Part shown: positions 23,687 to 32,995 of the stretch, piece after piece
Position numbering within the stretch: position 1 is the first letter of the stretch
How the letters are laid out: each line of letters starts with the position of its first letter
From: Gammaproteobacteria bacterium
GTDB taxonomy: Bacteria > Pseudomonadota > Gammaproteobacteria > Steroidobacterales > Woeseiaceae
NCBI GenBank assembly: GCA_024639825.1
Contig: JAHEGH010000002.1
Span: 28,575-92,574, forward strand
DNA length: 64,000 nucleotides
Direction: 5' to 3'
Notes under the pieces: model-generated
Seen by the model: only the letters and a program-made list of their open reading frames with translations
The model's database searches: none
What the model was told of the DNA's origin: nothing
Translations under genes and position numbers: made by a program

Positions 23687-24134
23687 CACCCAATTCTCCC
23701 CAGCGTGCGGCGATAAGCTGCCAGTCATCGCCATCCTTTTCCAGCTCCAGCTCAAAACGGTACGCGTCTGCGCTGAACCCCAGGACCCCATCATTGGTGC
23801 CAGCCATGCCGACCGTCATGACAATTCTTGCTGCGGTGTCGCCGTACACCACAGTCTCTTCGATGTTCGGCAACAACGTGATGTTGTTCTGCCTGAGGAA
23901 ATACAGGCGCAGCAGGTTTTCTATGTCACTGCGTTCATTCCCTCGACCATCGACATATGACTCCGAGATCATGCCGACCAGGTTACGGCGCTCCTTACTC
24001 TCTGCCGCCTCAACGCCGTCGGCAACCCAGGCGCGCAGCTCAGCCTCAGGCGCGGAGGGCGGTTCACCGCAGGCCACCAGCGCCATCAGGGCGACGCTAA
24101 CCGTGCACAGCGTTCGAGTGAGCGGGTTCATCAT
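23673..24134 (-). CDS. Hypothetical lipoprotein
   Basis: Lipobox LMALVACG. Its end overlaps the downstream LEA_2 gene's start by 14 nt. No family recognised. Confidence 0.45.
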   Translation of the reverse strand: MMNPLTRTLCTVSVALMALVACGEPPSAPEAELRAWVADGVEAAESKERRNLVGMISESYVDGRGNERSDIENLLRLYFLRQNNITLLPNIEETVVYGDTAARIVMTVGMAGTNDGVLGFSADAYRFELELEKDGDDWQLIAARWGELGDEIK

Positions 24135-24236
24135 CTGCTAAAGTCTACTGACAACCACGGCCTGTGTGGTCAAAGACGCCCAAATTGTGACTCAGTTCGC
24201 ACTTTGGCCAGCGAGGCCACAGCTGAGATCACAATA

Positions 24237-24899
24237 ATGTCCGTAAAACTGTATAGCGAAAGCATGGGCGCCACGATCACCGACGAAGATCTGAGTCGGA
24301 TCGAGGCTATCCTCTCCTTCTGGTTCAAGGAACAGGAGCTGTCGGCGCCGCAGATTGATCGGCGTATGGATATCTGGTTTGGCGAAGATCCGGTATTCGA
24401 CCGCGAAATCGAGGAGGAATTTGCGGATGATGTGGAGCGCGCCTGTGAGGGCAAGCTCGACCACTGGGCTGCCGAGCCGCACGGACGTCTCGCGCTTATC
24501 ATTCTCATCGACCAGTTTCGCCGTAACATCTACCGCAACAGTGCCGAGGCGTTTTCCAAGGACAGGCTGGCGCTTAAGCTGTGCGTCGAGGGCGCGATGG
24601 AGAAGAAGGACAAGAACCTGACGCCCATCCAGCGCGTGTTCTTTTATATGCCATTGCAACACGCCGAGTCCGCCAAGGTTCAGGCCAAGGCGGTCGAATT
24701 GTACAATCGCCTCGCCGAATCAGTATCACCGACTTACCAGGAGACGTTCCTGACGGTGGCGCAATTCGCTGAACTCCATAAAGACATCATCGACCAGTTT
24801 GGCCGCTTTCCGCACCGGAATAAGCTGCTGGGCCGCGAGAACACCAGCGAAGAAGACGAGTACCTCGCCAGCGACAGCCCCGATTTCGGGCAGGGTTAG
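24237..24899 (+). CDS. DUF924 family protein
   Basis: WFKEQ..WFGEDPVFDREIEEEF...GRLALIILIDQFRRNIYR...FFYMPLQHAES..HKDIIDQFGRFPHRN is the DUF924 pattern. Start uncertain (24237 or 24264). Confidence 0.6.
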   Translation: MSVKLYSESMGATITDEDLSRIEAILSFWFKEQELSAPQIDRRMDIWFGEDPVFDREIEEEFADDVERACEGKLDHWAAEPHGRLALIILIDQFRRNIYRNSAEAFSKDRLALKLCVEGAMEKKDKNLTPIQRVFFYMPLQHAESAKVQAKAVELYNRLAESVSPTYQETFLTVAQFAELHKDIIDQFGRFPHRNKLLGRENTSEEDEYLASDSPDFGQG

Positions 24900-26236
24900 A
24901 CTCGCGACAATTTATTGAAGCGCCACGTCAGCAATATTGCTGCGACGCCCAGACCGGCGATGAACGCCGCCCATATCTGGTTGGCGGGCAGCCGGTAGGT
25001 AATCGCGGCCAGGTAGCCAAGCGGAAACGCCACTACCCAGTAAGAGAAGATGTTGATCGCCATCGGAAACGCCGTGTCCTTATAGGCGCGCAGTGCCGCT
25101 GCGGCCCCGATCTGAATACCGTCCGCGACCTGGAAGATCGCGGCAACCAGCATCAGGCTCAGCGCGATGCCCGTAACGACAGGGTCATCGGTGTACAGCG
25201 TCACGATCACGTCACGGAAGACCAGCAGCACGATCGCCGATACCGCCATGAAAGCGGCACACATGGTGATACCTGTAATTCCGGCAATGCGCGCCTGTAG
25301 CGGATTGCCCGCACCGAGCATGTGGCCAACCTGCACGGTCGTCGCCGAGCTCAGCGCGAGTGGGATCATGAACATCGACGACGCGTAACTGAGTGCGATC
25401 TGGTGTGCCGCCGTGATCTCGGCACCGCGCGTACCGACAAGTATCGAAACGGCGGAGAACAACCCGACTTCTGCCGTGATCGTTATCGATATCGGCACAC
25501 CGAGAACGATGATCTCGCGGAATAGCGACGGTCGAAACTGGCCGATGCGCGTGAAGATTTTCAGTCCGCGCAGACGCGGGCTCAACAACATGTACAGACC
25601 CAGTGTTACGGCGACTATCCACATCGTTATGGCACTCGCATAGCCGCAACCTTCGACGCCCAGCGCCGGCGCGCCGAAATGCCCGAACATGAGCACATAG
25701 TTCAGGAACACGTTACAGATCAGCGAGAACACCGATGTGAACATGATCGGCCGTGTATAGCCCACCCCTTCGGTCGTAAAGCGCAGCGCGAGGAAAACAA
25801 AAATACCCGGGGCGCCGAGCAGCACAGCGCGCGTGTAATCGAGCGTCAGGTCCCGAAAGCCCGTATCGATACTCATGACGTCGAGAATCGCGTGCATCAG
25901 TGTGCGGCCCACGAGCAGCACCACGACACCCAGGACGATGCCGAGATACATCCCGTGTCGCGTGTACCGGCCGATCTTTCGCGACTGCCCTGCACCATAG
26001 AGCCGTGCAATGATCGGAGAGATCGCCATGAGGATACCCAGGCACGCGGTGAAATTGAGCATCCATACGCTGTGACCAACGGCGACAGCGGCGAGTGATG
26101 AAGCCCCGAGCCGGCCAGACATCAATGTGTCAGCCAGCCCCATTCCTGCAACCGCAAGATAGTTGACGATCAGCGGTCCGCCAAGGCGCAAGATCGATCG
26201 AGCCTGGGGCCGCCAGAGCTGCGAGGCGACTGGCAT
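24896..26236 (-). CDS. MATE family efflux transporter (NorM-like)
   Basis: 446 aa, 12 hydrophobic helices and an N-terminus of the form LGGPLIVNYLAVAGMGLADTLMSGRLG. Confidence 0.85.
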   Translation of the reverse strand: MPVASQLWRPQARSILRLGGPLIVNYLAVAGMGLADTLMSGRLGASSLAAVAVGHSVWMLNFTACLGILMAISPIIARLYGAGQSRKIGRYTRHGMYLGIVLGVVVLLVGRTLMHAILDVMSIDTGFRDLTLDYTRAVLLGAPGIFVFLALRFTTEGVGYTRPIMFTSVFSLICNVFLNYVLMFGHFGAPALGVEGCGYASAITMWIVAVTLGLYMLLSPRLRGLKIFTRIGQFRPSLFREIIVLGVPISITITAEVGLFSAVSILVGTRGAEITAAHQIALSYASSMFMIPLALSSATTVQVGHMLGAGNPLQARIAGITGITMCAAFMAVSAIVLLVFRDVIVTLYTDDPVVTGIALSLMLVAAIFQVADGIQIGAAAALRAYKDTAFPMAINIFSYWVVAFPLGYLAAITYRLPANQIWAAFIAGLGVAAILLTWRFNKLSRV

Positions 26237-26322
26237 CAGAGCATCTTAACCTACGGTTAAGTCTTTGAATGGTGTAAAGTTGCGTCGCGTATAAAGTAAC
26301 CGGACGGAATGGAGATTTACGT

Positions 26323-27609
26323 ATGTTGCATGACGGACGGGCAATTCGGGTTGCCATTGTTGGTGGATCGCGAATTCCATTTTGTCGGTCGCATTCAGCG
26401 TATCGACACTGCTCAAATCAGGATCTCATGACGGCCGCGTTAAATGGCCTCGTCAATAAGCTGGACCTCAGGGGACAGACCCTGGGTGAAGTCGCACTGG
26501 GTGCCGTTGTTAAACATTCCAGGGACTGGAACCTCGCACGCGAAAGCGTTATCGAGTCCAGTTTGTCGATCCGCACACCAGCGGTGGACCTGCAGCGCGC
26601 CTGTGGCACCAGTCTTGAGGCGGCCATTATGATCGCCAACAAGATCTCGCTCGGCCAGATCGAGTCCGGCATTGCCGGCGGCACCGATACGGTCAGTGAC
26701 GCGCCTATCGTGTACTCGGATCCATACCGCCGCATGCTCCTCGACATGCATGCGGCGCACTCTACCCTCGAGCGCATCAAGCCGTTGTTTCGTTTTCGTC
26801 CGAGTTTCCTGAAACCGGCATTTCCGGGCGTTAAGGAACCGCGCACCGGTTTATCCATGGGAGAGAGCTGCGAGATCACTGCCAAGGAGTGGGACGTGCA
26901 GCGCGAGCACCAGGACCAGCTCGCTTTGGCCAGCCATATGAAAGCGGCCGCCGCCTACGATGAGGGTTTCTACGACGATCTCGTCATTCCGTTCGAAGAT
27001 GTGGAGGAAGACAACAACATTCGTCGCGATACCACGTTCGAAAAGCTGTCGTCACTCAAGCCTTCGTTCGACCGCAGTGAGGAAGGCACGATGACGGCCG
27101 GCAACAGCACGCCGCTAACCGACGGTGCCGCTGCGGTGTTACTCGCATCGGAAGACTGGGCGCGCAAGAAGAACCTGCCCATCCTTGGCTATCTCACGTT
27201 CGTCAAAGCCGCAGCCGTGGACTTCATCAGCGATGAGGGCCTGCTGATGGCACCGGCGTACGCGGTGTCAGACATGCTGAAACAAGCCAATCTGCGCTTA
27301 CAGGACTTCGATTTCTACGAGATCCATGAAGCTTTCGCCGCACAGACCATTGCGACGCTCAAGGCCTGGCAGTCCGAGAAGTTCTGCCGCGACCGGCTCG
27401 GCCGTAATGAAGCGATGGGACCGATCGACCTGTCTCGCCTGAATGTGAAGGGCGGAAGCATCGCGATGGGTCACCCTTTTGCCGCGACGGGTGCGCGCAT
27501 TATTGGCAGCATTGCCAAGATGCTCGGCGAGAAAGGTTCGGGACGTGGCCTGATTTCCATTTGCACAGCCGGCGGGATGGGCGTCTCCGCGATTGTCGAG
27601 GCCGCTTAG
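26323..27609 (+). CDS. Acetyl-CoA C-acyltransferase (thiolase, FadI-like)
   Basis: Active-site Cys context DLQRACGTSLEA and C-terminal motifs NVKGGSIAMGHPFAATGAR and CTAGGMG. Confidence 0.85.
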   Translation: MLHDGRAIRVAIVGGSRIPFCRSHSAYRHCSNQDLMTAALNGLVNKLDLRGQTLGEVALGAVVKHSRDWNLARESVIESSLSIRTPAVDLQRACGTSLEAAIMIANKISLGQIESGIAGGTDTVSDAPIVYSDPYRRMLLDMHAAHSTLERIKPLFRFRPSFLKPAFPGVKEPRTGLSMGESCEITAKEWDVQREHQDQLALASHMKAAAAYDEGFYDDLVIPFEDVEEDNNIRRDTTFEKLSSLKPSFDRSEEGTMTAGNSTPLTDGAAAVLLASEDWARKKNLPILGYLTFVKAAAVDFISDEGLLMAPAYAVSDMLKQANLRLQDFDFYEIHEAFAAQTIATLKAWQSEKFCRDRLGRNEAMGPIDLSRLNVKGGSIAMGHPFAATGARIIGSIAKMLGEKGSGRGLISICTAGGMGVSAIVEAA

Positions 27610-27634
27610 CAGGAACGGCCAGGCACGAGCGGCT

Positions 27635-28063
27635 TTAGCCGTGATTCCTTCGCTTCTTCATAGCGGCGAGCGCTTTCTCCAGGCGCTCTCGTGCCTGCGC
27701 CGTAATGCCGCCCCGCTTTTGCTCGTCGACCACAAACGCTTCGATCTTGCCGACAATATCGTCCATATCGGCATCCGGAAACGGCAGCGAGTGCTCGAAG
27801 TCGGCCGTAGCGTTACGCAATGCGCCAAACAGGTTGATCCACCGCTCGCTCTGCTTGCCGACACCAAGCAGCCGATAAAATTGCGTGCCCGGCTTGCCGT
27901 CTGACCCGGAGGCGAGGCTGATGATGCCGGCGATCAGCGATGCGGGGACAAGCAGCAGATCCCGCAGGCCATCGACGATCAGCTTGGCCTGGAATACCGC
28001 GATATCCCGCACCAGGTTCAGGCGCACATTGGTTTCCTGCGACGAGCCGGGTAGTTCATCCAT
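27635..28063 (-). CDS. Hypothetical protein
   Basis: ORF with coding-like composition and one hydrophobic segment (LLLVPASLIAGIISLA). No family recognised. Confidence 0.4.
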   Translation of the reverse strand: MDELPGSSQETNVRLNLVRDIAVFQAKLIVDGLRDLLLVPASLIAGIISLASGSDGKPGTQFYRLLGVGKQSERWINLFGALRNATADFEHSLPFPDADMDDIVGKIEAFVVDEQKRGGITAQARERLEKALAAMKKRRNHG

Positions 28064-28089
28064 AGCGATTCACACGATAACTGCAATTA

Positions 28090-28115
28090 AGACAAGCAAT
28101 TATAGCTGCTTGTCT
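28090..28115. promoter_or_regulatory. Perfect 9-bp inverted repeat in the divergent hemH control region
   Basis: AGACAAGCA-n8-TGCTTGTCT, between the 27635-28063 gene (minus strand) and hemH (plus strand). Candidate operator; function unknown. Confidence 0.25.
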
Positions 28116-28172
28116 GGAACGAAGCGGACCTTTGCAGTACTGTTGACCCCGATATAGCAGCCCGCCGGAAAA

Positions 28173-29255
28173 ATGCCGAAATACCAATCCACGCCCGACT
28201 ACGAACACGGATCATCCGACTGCACGGGGATTCTCCTCGTCAACCTGGGAACCCCGGAAGCCCCGACGACAGGCGCTGTCAGGCGATTTCTCAAGCCATT
28301 CCTGTCCGACCCGCGAGTCGTCGAGTATCCGCGCCTCCTGTGGTGGCTAATACTGAATGGCATCATCCTGCGAATACGGCCATCGCGGTCCGCCGAGGCT
28401 TACCGCAAAGTCTGGACCGACGATGGGTCCCCGCTGATGCTCTTTTCAAAAAAACTGACCGAAGGCGTTCGCAGGCGGCTCGAGGCTCACTCACCGGGCC
28501 GGTATCGCGTGGAACTCGCCATGACTTATGGTGACCCTTCGATCGCGTCGGCTATCGACACGCTCCAGGCAGCGGGCGCACGTCGTCTGCTCGTCTTGCC
28601 GCTGTACCCGCAGTACTCGGGTACGACGACCGCGTCAGTGTTTGATGGAGTGACCAGCAAGCTGCGATCGATGCGCTGGATTCCGGAAATGCGTTTCATA
28701 AATCAGTATCACGACGCGCCAGGCTATATCGCTGCACTCGCCGCAAGCATCAAGGAACACTGGCAGCAGAACGGCAAGGGCGACCACCTGTTGTTCTCGT
28801 TTCATGGTGTTCCGAAATACACGCTCATGGGCGGCGATCCCTATCACTGTCAGTGCCAGAAAACCGGGCGCCTCGTTGCAGAGGCTCTGGAGCTCGGCGA
28901 CGACGACTGGACGCTGTCTTTCCAGTCGCGCGTTGGCCGCGAAGAATGGCTGCGCCCGTACACCGATGAAACGGTAAGCGAGTTGGGGGGCAAGGGTGTC
29001 GGGCGGCTCGACGTTGCCTGCCCGGGTTTTTCAACCGACTGCCTTGAGACGCTGGAAGAAATCGCAATGCAGAACGCCGAATTCTTCGAAGAAGCCGGCG
29101 GAAAGTCACTGCAATACATACCAGCACTCAATGCGCGAGATGACCATATTCAGTTCCTGAGCACATTGCTTGAGCAACATGCGTCTGGATGGACCAACGC
29201 CGAGGAGAGCCCCGACAGCCGTCAGCGGGCGATCGCCATGGGCGCGTCAAAATGA
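28173..29255 (+). CDS. hemH: Ferrochelatase
   Basis: GILLVNLGTPEAPT, LPLYPQYSGTTT, FSFHGVP and the C-terminal FSTDCLETLEEI motif. Confidence 0.92.
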   Translation: MPKYQSTPDYEHGSSDCTGILLVNLGTPEAPTTGAVRRFLKPFLSDPRVVEYPRLLWWLILNGIILRIRPSRSAEAYRKVWTDDGSPLMLFSKKLTEGVRRRLEAHSPGRYRVELAMTYGDPSIASAIDTLQAAGARRLLVLPLYPQYSGTTTASVFDGVTSKLRSMRWIPEMRFINQYHDAPGYIAALAASIKEHWQQNGKGDHLLFSFHGVPKYTLMGGDPYHCQCQKTGRLVAEALELGDDDWTLSFQSRVGREEWLRPYTDETVSELGGKGVGRLDVACPGFSTDCLETLEEIAMQNAEFFEEAGGKSLQYIPALNARDDHIQFLSTLLEQHASGWTNAEESPDSRQRAIAMGASK

Positions 29256-30019
29256 GCACCATCGGCCGCTTCCTGGAGTTCGCGATCGAAACGCCGAACA
29301 TCCTGGAGTCGCTGTATTTCTACAAGACCCTCGGCTTTACCGAACTCGAGTGCTCCGATGTTTTCACGCATAAGTACGCGGTGGTCAGTGACGGCGAATT
29401 AAACATCGGCCTGCACGACAGGCAGTTCAACTCGCCCGCCGTGACTTTTGTACAGCAGGATCTTGCGACCCACGCGCGTTCAATGACTGACCACGGGTAC
29501 GACTTCGATTTTCTACAGCTCCATGAGGATGCGTTTAACGAGCTCGGCTTCACCGATCGTGACGGTCACGCCATCATGATGGTTGAGGCGCGCACCTTCC
29601 ACATGAGTGAAGACGCCGAACATGACTCCGCCTGCGGGAGCTGGTTTGAGCTGTCCCTGCCCGTACGCGATACCGTTCGCGCGGCAAAGTTCTGGGCTCC
29701 GATGGCGCCGGCGGTGCTGGAGGTGCGGGAAGAGCCAACCATGCACATGCGCTTCGACGCCACAGGCGTGGCCCTTGGCCTGTCCGAAAGCATCGCGCTT
29801 AAGGCGCCGTCGCTGTGTTTCCGCAACCCCGATCGCCACGGCCTGATGCAATTAATCCAGCAACGTGGTCTTGATTACGAGAAATACCCGGGTTACGAAG
29901 GGGCTTTCGTGGCGATCAAGGCGCCCGAAGGCACCACGCTGTTTGTCTTCGAAGAAGACTTCCTTGGCGAATCCTACGAAGTCGACGAGTCTGGCGACGC
30001 GGCCGACTTCCCCGGCTAA
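29252..30019 (+). CDS. VOC (glyoxalase/bleomycin-resistance fold) family protein
   Basis: Two-module layout (FLEFAIETPNILESLYFYKTLGF ... WFELSLPVRDTVRAAKFW). ATGA overlap with the hemH stop. Confidence 0.5.
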   Translation: MSTIGRFLEFAIETPNILESLYFYKTLGFTELECSDVFTHKYAVVSDGELNIGLHDRQFNSPAVTFVQQDLATHARSMTDHGYDFDFLQLHEDAFNELGFTDRDGHAIMMVEARTFHMSEDAEHDSACGSWFELSLPVRDTVRAAKFWAPMAPAVLEVREEPTMHMRFDATGVALGLSESIALKAPSLCFRNPDRHGLMQLIQQRGLDYEKYPGYEGAFVAIKAPEGTTLFVFEEDFLGESYEVDESGDAADFPG

Positions 30020-30549
30020 CGCTCCGGGAACTCTACCCAGAATACGCCGCGGAAATCACCGGCCTTGAATCCGGTTGCGCGATCGTCCGGATAGCTCTCA
30101 GCAATTTTTGCTGCAACCTCAGGTTGCAGGGCTTCGCCATGACACACCAGGCACATTGGCTGCACCATAATCGGCTCGACATAGCCCATGCGTCCACCGT
30201 CAATTGACAGGGCGACCGGCGAGAGGTCCGACGATCCACCCGCGAAGCTACGAAGAACCGGTGCGAGCCACTCCGGCGCTGCGTTTTCCAGGTTACGCAG
30301 CCTGTGGCTGCTGCGTCCCATAACGACTCCGTCGACGGACAACGCCGCCGAAATTTGTCGCGCTTCGACGCTGCAGACACTGATCGCCTCGACCGGGCCC
30401 GACTCCATGCCCTTCACGAGGGCCGACTTCAGGTTGGTCTTGAACGGCGCCAGTAGTTCAGCACCCCTCGCTTTATAGTCGACAGGTGGCGGCTGACAGG
30501 CGGCACACATCGCAAGCACGATGACTGCGACGATCACACGGGTATTCAT
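30016..30549 (-). CDS. DUF3365-like periplasmic haem-binding protein
   Basis: Lipoprotein-type signal (LAMCAAC), a single CxxCH motif (CLVCHG) and a C-terminal FKAGDFRGVFWVEFP. Confidence 0.6.
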   Translation of the reverse strand: MNTRVIVAVIVLAMCAACQPPPVDYKARGAELLAPFKTNLKSALVKGMESGPVEAISVCSVEARQISAALSVDGVVMGRSSHRLRNLENAAPEWLAPVLRSFAGGSSDLSPVALSIDGGRMGYVEPIMVQPMCLVCHGEALQPEVAAKIAESYPDDRATGFKAGDFRGVFWVEFPER

Positions 30550-30558
30550 TACCGGTTC

Positions 30559-31398
30559 CTACAAAAGTTTTTTGATCAACTCCTGCGCCCGGCCCAGGTA
30601 AGCACTCCCGAACAGGTTCAGGTGGTTGAGCACATGATACAGCTGATACAGGTCATTGCGATTGTGGGAACCCGCAGCCGGGGGCGTGTGCGCCGCGTAG
30701 GCGTCATAGAACGCCGGTCCGAAACCGCCGAACAGCCTTGTCATGGCGAGGTCGGATTCCGGGTCGCCGTAGTAAACAGCCGGATCGAAGATCACGGGAG
30801 CCCCTTCGCAACTTCCCCAGTTACCGCCCCACAAATCGCCATGCAGCAACGCGGGGCGTGGTTCATGGTTCTCGAAAAACACCGGCAGGCGTTTCAGCAG
30901 GCGGCCACCCTGTTCCTGCAGCGAACCGGAAAAACCGTTCTTGGCAGCAAGCCGCAGCTGAAACCCAAGACGCCGTTCGCGAAAGAAGTCGACCCAGTCA
31001 TCCGACCAGTCATTGTGCTGTGGCGTCAACCCGATCGTATTGTCGCGGTACCAACCGAAGCGATCCCGGGTTGTTTCGTGCAATAACGCGAGCTGCTCGC
31101 CGAGCTTCACTTCGGTGTCGCGGGTCGGCCGATCCAACTCCAGCCATTCGGTAGCCAGGAACGCCGTGTCGCCATGTACGCCACAGGCAACCACCTTAGG
31201 TAGCCGTATCGCACCCGGTACCGCAAGCTCTTCTAATCCGTCTGCTTCGGCGCTGAACATATCGCTCGACGAAGCCGGGCCGGTCTTCAGAAACAAATCG
31301 CCGACGCGCCATGCGGCACTGATATCGCCGCCACTAACGGGTTGGGGCGTCTCGTTATTGAGGCCGAGTTCGGCAGTGATTGCAGCCCAGTCAGGCAC
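30559..31398 (-). CDS. Fructosamine kinase family protein
   Basis: LLHGDLWGGNW catalytic loop and a C-terminus of the form YQLYHVLNHLNLFG. Confidence 0.8.
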   Translation of the reverse strand: MPDWAAITAELGLNNETPQPVSGGDISAAWRVGDLFLKTGPASSSDMFSAEADGLEELAVPGAIRLPKVVACGVHGDTAFLATEWLELDRPTRDTEVKLGEQLALLHETTRDRFGWYRDNTIGLTPQHNDWSDDWVDFFRERRLGFQLRLAAKNGFSGSLQEQGGRLLKRLPVFFENHEPRPALLHGDLWGGNWGSCEGAPVIFDPAVYYGDPESDLAMTRLFGGFGPAFYDAYAAHTPPAAGSHNRNDLYQLYHVLNHLNLFGSAYLGRAQELIKKLL

Positions 31399-31406
31399 GA
31401 TGTGTC

Positions 31407-32297
31407 TCAGTGGCGATAGATATCCGAAACGCGTTCGGCCTGGCGCCTTAGCGCCATTCCGATGCCAGCTTCATCAAACAGCGCGTTGATTTCACCGAGC
31501 TTCGGCGCGGATGGCCGCATGGCGACTTCCGCATTATCGATGGGGGCATCGCAAGCAATGCCTGTCAGCTTGCGCGCCAGCATGGCGGCGCCGCGATGCG
31601 TTTCCAGCTTCATTGCCAGCGTCTTGGCGCCGCGAACATTCACTTCGTGAACGCGGTCAAGATTCTTATAAATGTCGTCGAGACTACCGAAATGCTTGAG
31701 CAATCCTTCGGCCGTCTTTTTGCCGACGCCCGGGACGCCCTTGATGTTATCAACGGCATCGCCGGCAAGCGCCAGGAAGTCCGCAATCTGTTCGGGCCAG
31801 ACACCGAATGAACCAGGAATTTCTGCGTAGCCTAATTTCCCTTTGCCCGCGAAGTCCCAGAATACGTCGTCCTTGCTCAGGAGTTGTGTGAGGTCTTTGT
31901 CCCGGCTGACTATGGTCGACGCACGTCCCTGGCGCCGGCCGTGCTCGACGAGCGTTCCTATCAGGTCGTCCGCCTCGTAGCGCGGGCTTGCGTGTTCCAG
32001 CAGACCCATCGCACGAACGAAGCGGCGGCACTGTCCAAACTGGCGTTTGAGTTCGGGCGGTGCCGGGTCACGGTTTGCCTTGTACTCGGGGTAGATCTCC
32101 GTGCGAAACGACTTCGACAAGCTCTCGTCGAAAAGGACAGCAACATATTCGGGCGTAACCTGTTCCATGAAGTCGCCGATAAAACGGCAGAACCCGTATA
32201 ACGCGTTAATGGGGTTGCCAGCATCGTCGACCATGTCTTCGGGCATGGAGTAGTAGGCCCGGAAGACATAGACACTCGCGTCGATCAGGTACTGCAC
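31407..32297 (-). CDS. 5'-3' exonuclease / flap endonuclease family protein (Xni/ExoIX-like, stand-alone)
   Basis: PIN-like N-terminus (LIDASVYVFRAYYS, FDESLSKSFRTEIYPEYKANR, EADDLIGT) and an H3TH motif (GDAVDNIKGVPGVGKKTA). Confidence 0.8.
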   Translation of the reverse strand: MQYLIDASVYVFRAYYSMPEDMVDDAGNPINALYGFCRFIGDFMEQVTPEYVAVLFDESLSKSFRTEIYPEYKANRDPAPPELKRQFGQCRRFVRAMGLLEHASPRYEADDLIGTLVEHGRRQGRASTIVSRDKDLTQLLSKDDVFWDFAGKGKLGYAEIPGSFGVWPEQIADFLALAGDAVDNIKGVPGVGKKTAEGLLKHFGSLDDIYKNLDRVHEVNVRGAKTLAMKLETHRGAAMLARKLTGIACDAPIDNAEVAMRPSAPKLGEINALFDEAGIGMALRRQAERVSDIYRH

Positions 32298-32303
32298 TGG
32301 GCC

Positions 32304-32957
32304 CTAATCATGGAAATGGACTTCCACGATCTCCTCACCATTCGCAAGATGTCCGCTCAGGCGGGCATGCAGCGGACTGGAGCGCGGAATGTGCGCAAGC
32401 AGGTATTGCATCTGATCGGTAAGCACGCGCCGACCCTTGAGATAAATGTACTCAGCGTAGTTCGGCGTGAATGGTACGGCGATCAACTCCATCGCCGCCT
32501 GCTCCGGCGTTCTCCCGCCCTTGTAGTTGTTACAGCGCCGGCAGGCCGTCGCAACATTGGTCCACGTGTCGAGGCCGCCCCGCGAAACCGGTGTGATGTG
32601 ATCCCGCGTCAGGTCTCGCGTCATATAGCGCATGCCACAGTAAAGACAGAGATTGGCGTCGCGCTTGAACAGCGTGCGGTTGTTCAGCGGCGGCGTGTAT
32701 TCATCACGATTGCGAGACAGGCTCTTACTCGTACCGTGCGTGGCAATAATGGAATTAACATCGATGCGGCTGCGGGTGCCGTCGATCGAGCTGTAGCCCC
32801 CAAAGACCGAGTAAAGCCGTGTGCCGCAGTCATACGCAACCTGCTCCGCGTGGTAGAGACGTACCGCTTCACGATAGTCAATCCACTCGAGGGGCATACC
32901 TGCAACGTCTGTTCGAAGAACCTGTTGCGAGATGTCGCGTGCGCGTCCTGCGAGCAT
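32304..32957 (-). CDS. HNH endonuclease domain protein
   Basis: CLYCG...DHITPVSRGGLDTWTNVATACRRCNNYKG (a complete HNH/zinc motif). Confidence 0.72.
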   Translation of the reverse strand: MLAGRARDISQQVLRTDVAGMPLEWIDYREAVRLYHAEQVAYDCGTRLYSVFGGYSSIDGTRSRIDVNSIIATHGTSKSLSRNRDEYTPPLNNRTLFKRDANLCLYCGMRYMTRDLTRDHITPVSRGGLDTWTNVATACRRCNNYKGGRTPEQAAMELIAVPFTPNYAEYIYLKGRRVLTDQMQYLLAHIPRSSPLHARLSGHLANGEEIVEVHFHD

Positions 32958-32995
32958 AAGCGTCTCCTGAGCTTATGCTCGCATTATTACAGCAT

